From Tubulanus polymorphus (Eukaryota > Animalia > Nemertea): 64,000 bases of DNA. The notes under the pieces were generated by a model, which was not told where the DNA came from, did not search any database, and saw only the letters and a list, made by a program, of their open reading frames with translations. The stretch is from assembly GCF_964204645.1 (NCBI RefSeq), contig NC_134034.1, positions 6,732,914-6,796,913 of the forward strand. Direction: 5' to 3'. Positions 57,936 to 64,000 of this stretch are shown here, one piece after another. Numbering within the stretch: the stretch's first letter is position 1; each line of letters opens with the position of its first letter. The position numbers and the translations under genes were made by a program.

Positions 57936-60900
57936 GTTAAACCCTAAAATAAGCTGAAATGAAGGGTTAATTATTGATACGATTTTTAGTACAGATTATT
58001 AATTTTCGTGAATGATGAGACGGAAATCAATTACGTTGAATGATAATTATTAAATATATAAGGCGGGAGGAGCCGCTAAGAAAACAGCACGGCGCTCCCG
58101 CGAAACCGGTGGCAAAATGTTGAAATGCGCATAGATTTAAAACGATCTCACCCGAGGTTCGACTTCTATTCCGAGATCAATCACTCTTATGTCTGTTTCT
58201 TATATCAATTAGAACGGATGTCCGATCCAACACGAAGAATTTTAACCGATTTACGAGCACTGCCGAAACACGTTCTCTAGAGAACAAGCGCCAAGCAAAA
58301 AGATGATGGCGTCTCGCCAGATGGCGCTATGTTACGGCGCCCCTACCTAAAGTCGATTCGGGCGTTATCTGCCTAGCCAAAAGCAATTTGGCTATAGTGT
58401 ATTTTCCCAGGGAATGTATTCGAAGTAAATATGGCCATCCATTAGGAAGCTACAGGACTCAGAATTCAGGCCCAAATTGACAATTTGGGCACAAAAAAGG
58501 TCACAGGACAGCCCTCTTGAGTCCGATCGACCCAATTTTTCTCATGCTGATGGGCCCTTGGGGGACACAAATATACACGAACGATCAAGGTAATTGATAA
58601 CAAGAAAGAAATTTAAAAAAGGGGTTGCTAACATGGTTGTACTGAAAGCTTGCTTGGTGGTTTTGCATTTCTGTAGTAGAATTAATCGAACTTTGAACTG
58701 ATTGCTTTTTAAAGAACTAAGAGATCGGTGTTGTCTTACATCGTTACATGAAATGTTATACCCGGGGACTGAGGATGGGAATGATTTTATTGTAGACGTG
58801 GACCAAGTTAGTGCAAGCTTTTGGATGGTTGTAATTTGAATATTGTAGTGTCCTAACGGAATCTATCATCATGTTGATAATTGCTAGATTACTTATTGGA
58901 TTGTGTTGAAATGATTTTGCTGTCATAGAAAAATTCGAGTGACTTCAGGTGAAAAGAAGCTAACACGAAAAGAGATAGGAGCCACGATTTTCTTTTTAAA
59001 ATAATAAAGAATTAAGCAAGAATAAGTTGCATTTCCTTCAAGGGCAATCTACTACGATCATCCGATAAAGTTTATTGCCACTATAGACTACTACTCCTGG
59101 CTCTTTGAAGAGACAGGGAACCAGTCTTCCTATTCAATTCAGAATTTATTTTACAGAAGAGCGGTTTTTAAGTTTCACATATCTAAACTGATAAATATAA
59201 ATGTTCATACAGAGATTTTTCAAATGGCCGCTATTGCAAGCACCCAATGAAAGTAAAAGAAAATTAAAAGAATTTTTCAAAAACAAATGTTTTATAGGGA
59301 ATCTTTCTTGTGTCAATAATGAACGAATTGAATTGTCGGCATCACTATGCCACATATGAATAATTCAAGACTGATCACGCAAACTCAACCAAGGTTGGTA
59401 TGCGCCGCTGAAATAACAAAAACGATTAAACAAAATCAAAAAAACAATGAAAATGACAACCGATATAGCCAATATAAGAAAGGGACCTTGATTTTATTAC
59501 TGCATTAAATGTATGTAAATATCAGAGCCCAAGAAAGTTTCTAACGAAAGTTATCGACTCCCCAAGCAAGTTATCAATCCGTGCGATAGCAATATGGGCT
59601 TGCAAGCATGTAAGCCCATGAAAATTTCTTCAAAATTTCCCACGAAAACTTCGAAAATGTGTAAAAAATGCTGATTTTGGCGAACATTTATGGCTGCCAG
59701 TTGGCCATCTTGAATCTGACAGGGCCAGTTTTTGGGCTGAAGATTTGTCTAGGGGAGATACATGTATAAACCAAATATCAAGAAATTACCTTGAAGCGTC
59801 TTCAAAACTTCCCAAAATAGGCCTAACTGGATTCCGTCTATGGACAGACGGACGACGGATGAACAGTGAATGCAATAGCCTGCTAGGACTGAAGTCCCAA
59901 GTGGGCTAATGAAAAATGGCAAACCAGTAGGAAGCTAGAGGACTCAGAATTCACAGGACGGCCATCTTAAGTCCGATCGACCCAATCATTCTTATGCTTA
60001 TGGGCTCTTGGGAAATACAAATACTTATGAACGATATTGATCAAATCGTCTTCATAATTTCCCTCGAAAATTTGAAATATGTGTAAAAAGTGCTTATTTT
60101 GGCGAACAACAATGGCTGCTGGTTGGTCATCTGGAATCTGACAGGGCCAATTTTTGGGTGAAGATGTGTCTAGGATAGATACACGTGTAACCCAAAAATA
60201 AAGCCATTATATTGAAGCGTCTTCAAAACTTACCAGAATAACTGGATTCGGATCTAGGGATGAACGGACGGACGCTTCTACGGACGACGGACGAAAAGTG
60301 AATGCAATAGTCCGCTGGGACTTAAGTCCCAAGTGGGCTTAAAAGGACACTTGCAGTCTTCTCTATCAATCCCAAAAGTAGAAGAGGGCACATTGTTACA
60401 AGACGAGGTAGATTATTTTCAACGAAAAGTAACACCATTCTTAGGATTTCATCATAATAACCCTGAAATACTTCTAAATGCAGTAAATTTTTCTAGAAAG
60501 CGCTTAGCATCAGACATCATTTAATGCATGGAAAATGCATCAAAAAGCAGTAAATTTTCAGTTTGTTTGCAGTAGATCATGCCCTACTTTGCTTTGGTGA
60601 CATTGACACTGTGGTGACCATATACTGAAACTAATGATCTTGATACTCACTACATTAATAGAACATGTCACCAGCTACAATTTTGCATACGGAATAATAT
60701 CATATGGAAATACTAGGTTATTGTACTATTCAATGCCCCTGGTGACCATATCCATGAAACAACAACCTTAAAACTCACCATAATCATAGAACATGTCACC
60801 AGCTACAATTCTGCCTACGATTGTGTTAACAAAATATGCCAAGTGACCAATATAATATGGAAATATTAAGTTATTCTACCATTCAACGAAAATTTTAAGA

Positions 60901-61007
60901 TTGTAAAATTTTGTACCAAATAATGTCAGTTTTGGCCTGTATCTTCCCTATGGTTTGCCATTTTTCATTGCAATTTGTGAAGGGTATCCTATGAAAATGG
61001 ATCTTAA

Positions 61008-61820
61008 AACTAGGGGTCCAGGGACACCATGCCCACTTGGGAAGTGGTTTCAAATGCTCAACAATCTAACAATTTCAACATTCAACGCCCCCTGGTGACC
61101 ATTTACAAAAACCAATGACCTTGAAACTCACCACAATCATAGAACCTGTCAGCAGCTACGATTTTGTAATTGATTGTGATAACAAAATATGCCTCGTTAC
61201 CAATTTAATATGGAAATACTAAGTCATTCTACTATTCAACGCCCCCTGGTGACCATATTCAAAACCCAATGACCTCGAAACTCACCACAATCATAGAACA
61301 TGTCAGGAACTACAACTTTGCAATTGATCATGGTGACAAAATATGCCTAGGTACCAATATAATAAGGAAATACTAAGTTATTCTACTATTCAACGCCCCC
61401 TGGTGACCATATAGAAAAACTTATGTCCTTAAAACTCGCAACAATCATAGATGATGTCATGAGCTACAACTTTCCAATTGATTGTGGTTACAAAATATGC
61501 ATAGGTACGAATATAATAAAGAAATGCTAAGATATTGTATTATTCAACGCCCCCTGGTGGCCATATACGAAATCCAATTACCTTGAAACCACAATCATAG
61601 AACACGTTATGAGCTACAACTTTCTTATTGATTGTGGTAGCAAAATATGCTTAGGTATCAATATAATGTGGAAAAACTTTTTCCCACTTACGAATGAGTA
61701 CTGGTGACACCAAGATGGCCGCCAATTGCGTCATAATTGGCTGATGAAAAATACCTGTCTCAGGTATAAAACAGCCCTTTCCAAAAAATACCCATCACAA
61801 ATTGCAATGAGAAATGATAT
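61008..61820 (+). repeat. Interspersed element carrying a 154-bp tandem array (related pieces at ~41270, ~48060, ~51200, ~54140, ~58435, ~59600, ~60610, ~63130)
   Basis: Head aactaggggtccagggacaccatgcccacttggg; unit caacgccccctggtgaccat... at 61083, 61237, 61391 and 61544. Confidence 0.88.
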
Positions 61821-62086
61821 ACCATGAAACAGGTATTTTTGATCAGCCAATCAGGCCTATCACACAAAGTGTCATAAGTTCTCTTTCGTAGGTGGGAAAA
61901 ACTTTTTTTGTGCGGTAAATAGCAGTAGGTTTGAACTTATAGCCTCGATATTTGAATATTATTGGCACTGACATAGGATACATCTCCTCGTATGAAATTT
62001 GGGTGCACCCAATTCTTCGTTCTTGCCACCACAGGAGTTAAATATTGAATATTAAATCAAAACCTGACTACAACACTCATACTCAC

Positions 62087-62232
62087 TTGTGTAATTTGTA
62101 TAAATCAGTTTCTTTTTGAATCCCATAGATGCTCACAGGAATAAGACTATGAGGCAGGTCTAAAACATTAAGTTGCTGTAAGGCATCCAGTTGACTATGA
62201 TTATCTAATGTTGTGGTTACATACTCCATATA
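62087..62232 (-). CDS. CHPF: CHPF-like internal exon
   Basis: YMEYVTT...VSIYGIQKETDLYKLHK; ttttAG acceptor, GTGAGT donor, phase 2 joins the 49885 exon. Confidence 0.78.
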
Positions 62233-62393
62233 CTAAAATTCAAAACACAACATGAAATTCATCAGCCAAGATTGAGCAGTACCTTATCCAATGTACTGAA
62301 TGATCGAAATATTCAAAGGCCAGGTGGCATTGAATACAAAAGGACAACAATCTACCAGAGGAGGGGAAATCTTTGATGAAATAGCTATATTAC

Positions 62394-62537
62394 CTGTGAG
62401 GTTGATTTACATGTGAGTTGTGTAGTCTGATATATACAGTTTGCTAGTATATCACCAATTCTTCCACCAACAAATCCACTAGCAGTAGCTTGCCTCTCAC
62501 AAACTGAGAACCGAGAAATAACTTGTTCAAAGACGTT
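62394..62537 (-). CDS. CHPF: CHPF-like internal exon (further 5' exons not identified, probably beyond the window)
   Basis: NVFEQVISRFSVCERQ...GDILANCIYQTTQLTC; 144 nt, GT-AG, phase 0/0. Confidence 0.75.
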
Positions 62538-63131
62538 CTGAAACCACACAGCAAACATCTACATGGAGCAAGCTCAAAAAATGAAAACAGCATATTGAAA
62601 GTGATAATAGGCAATAATAGAAGCACAACAACTAAACTAATAACCATTGGTGAAACACTATTCCCTGTTTTTATGTTATATAGAGAATCCCACACTAATA
62701 TAGTGAGAAAGATGAAGTCCAATAAGTTTCTTTCAAACTATTAATATATTGATTCAATGTTTCCCCGATAACCTAAAAGTCGTCTTCATCTTCATTCCTA
62801 GTGCTTCTAGCAATCTTTTGCTATAGACATCAGACAGCAGATGAGATAGCAAATACTCATTAGAGAGGTTGACAAAAGATAGTAGAATAACTTTTTAAAT
62901 CTTTGTCGATAACATAGATAAACAAGACTTTTAACAGGATTCGAAAACTAAGGATGTTATAGGCCTATCTGAAAATTCATTAGAAAAAGGATCACTGATT
63001 TTGATGAATTCTAACTGTCAATAAGACGGATTTGGTCGGGGAATTCTATTTTGAACGTATCACCTGATAGGATGCAATAACTGTAGCACAAGAACTCATT
63101 TACCAATTCAATTCAATTAAACTTACATCTA

Positions 63132-64000
63132 AACTAGGGGTCCAGGGACACCATGCCCACTTGGGAAGTGGTTCCAAATGCTCAACAATCTAACAATTTC
63201 AATAGTCAACGCCCCCTGGTGACAATATACAAAAACCAATGACCTTGAAACTCACCACAATCATAGAACATGTCAGCAGCTACGATTTTGTAATTGATCG
63301 TGATAACAAAATAAGCCTCGTAACCAATTTAATATGGAAATACTAAGTTATTCTACTATTCAACGCCCCCTGGTGACCATATAGAATAACTAATGGCCTT
63401 AAAACTTGCCACAATCATAGATGATGTCATGAGCTACAACTTTGCAATTGATTGTGGTTACAAAATATGCATTGATACGAATATAATATAGAAATACTAA
63501 GATATTGTATTATTTAACGCTCCCTGGTGGCCATATACAAAAACCAATGACCTTGAAACTCACCACAATCATAGAACACGTTATGAGGTACAAGTTTCTA
63601 ATTGATTGTGGTAACAAGATACGCTTAGGTATCAATATAATGTGGAAAAGCTTTTTCCCACCTACGAATGAGTACTGATGACACCAAGATGGCCGCCAAT
63701 TGCGTCATAATTGGCTGATCAAAAATACATGATAAAATACATGGTAAAATTGCAATGAGGAATGGCAAATCAGTAGGGAGCTACAGGACTCAGAATTCGG
63801 CCCAAAATTGACATTTTTTGGCACTAAAAAGGTCATAAGACGATCATCTTAAGTCCGATCGACCCTATTTTTGTTATGCTGATGGGCCCTGGGGGGATTC
63901 ACATACATCTGAAAGATCAAGGTAATCGATCAAAGCATCTTCAAAATTTCCTTCAAAAAGTTCAAAAATATGTAACTAGGGGTCCACTTTACACCATGCC
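63132..64000 (+). repeat. Further copy of the 154-bp-array element
   Basis: Same head and units as 61008-61820; another head begins at ~63974. Confidence 0.88.

Larger units (their letters stand above)
54556..58430 (-). mobile_element. Second DIRS1-type retrotransposon; MT, YR and ICR deleted
   Basis: Termini ATTACA.../...GTAAAT resemble those of the first copy. Inserted within a copy of the interspersed repeat (gcaatgaaaaat|ggc). gag and RT/RH present. Confidence 0.85.

Noticed and set aside
61083-61700. Regularly spaced repeats as CRISPR
   Set aside because: Whole 154-bp units are homologous; there are no unique spacers.
18327-62744. Numerous short antisense or alternative-frame ORFs in the track (e.g. 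19245..19748, 29550..29924, 39765..40154, 57035..57364, 62523..62744)
   Set aside because: They are shadows of real coding or repeat sequence with no recognisable motifs.
63672-63730. CTGATGA in the interspersed repeat as a hammerhead core
   Set aside because: No properly placed GAAA box or closing stems.

Overview
Repeat-dense animal genomic DNA, probably a marine invertebrate (inferred from the repeat types). (1) 1-~17240 is a very AT-rich, decayed Polinton/Maverick provirus, mostly on the minus strand. It encodes a packaging ATPase, a chromodomain rve integrase (split by a 2.15-kb TIR element), major and minor capsid proteins, several membrane proteins and a protein-primed PolB. Three features point to a Nucleocytoviricota (giant virus/poxvirus) connection: a LAGLIDADG intein in the PolB YxD|TD motif, an intact zinc-finger gene whose C-terminal half resembles poxvirus late transcription factor VLTF3 (A2L), and a poxvirus-late-promoter-like TAAATG at nearly every gene start. 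(2) ~17280-26645 is a Ty3/Gypsy element with a tRNA-Phe PBS, a chromodomain integrase and an env-like ORF. (3) ~28530-38780 is a degenerate RTE-X/CR1-type LINE. Its reconstructed ORF1 reads J-domain (HPD) - PHD finger - SGNH esterase, and it is interrupted by MITEs and a spliced hAT transposon. (4) 39476->62537 (minus) holds five 3' exons of a host chondroitin polymerizing factor (CHPF-like) gene. Its introns contain two DIRS1-type retroelements, MITEs, a SINE and Helentron-like satellite-bearing repeats. All family assignments come from motif recognition by eye and recalled reference proteins; no searches were run.
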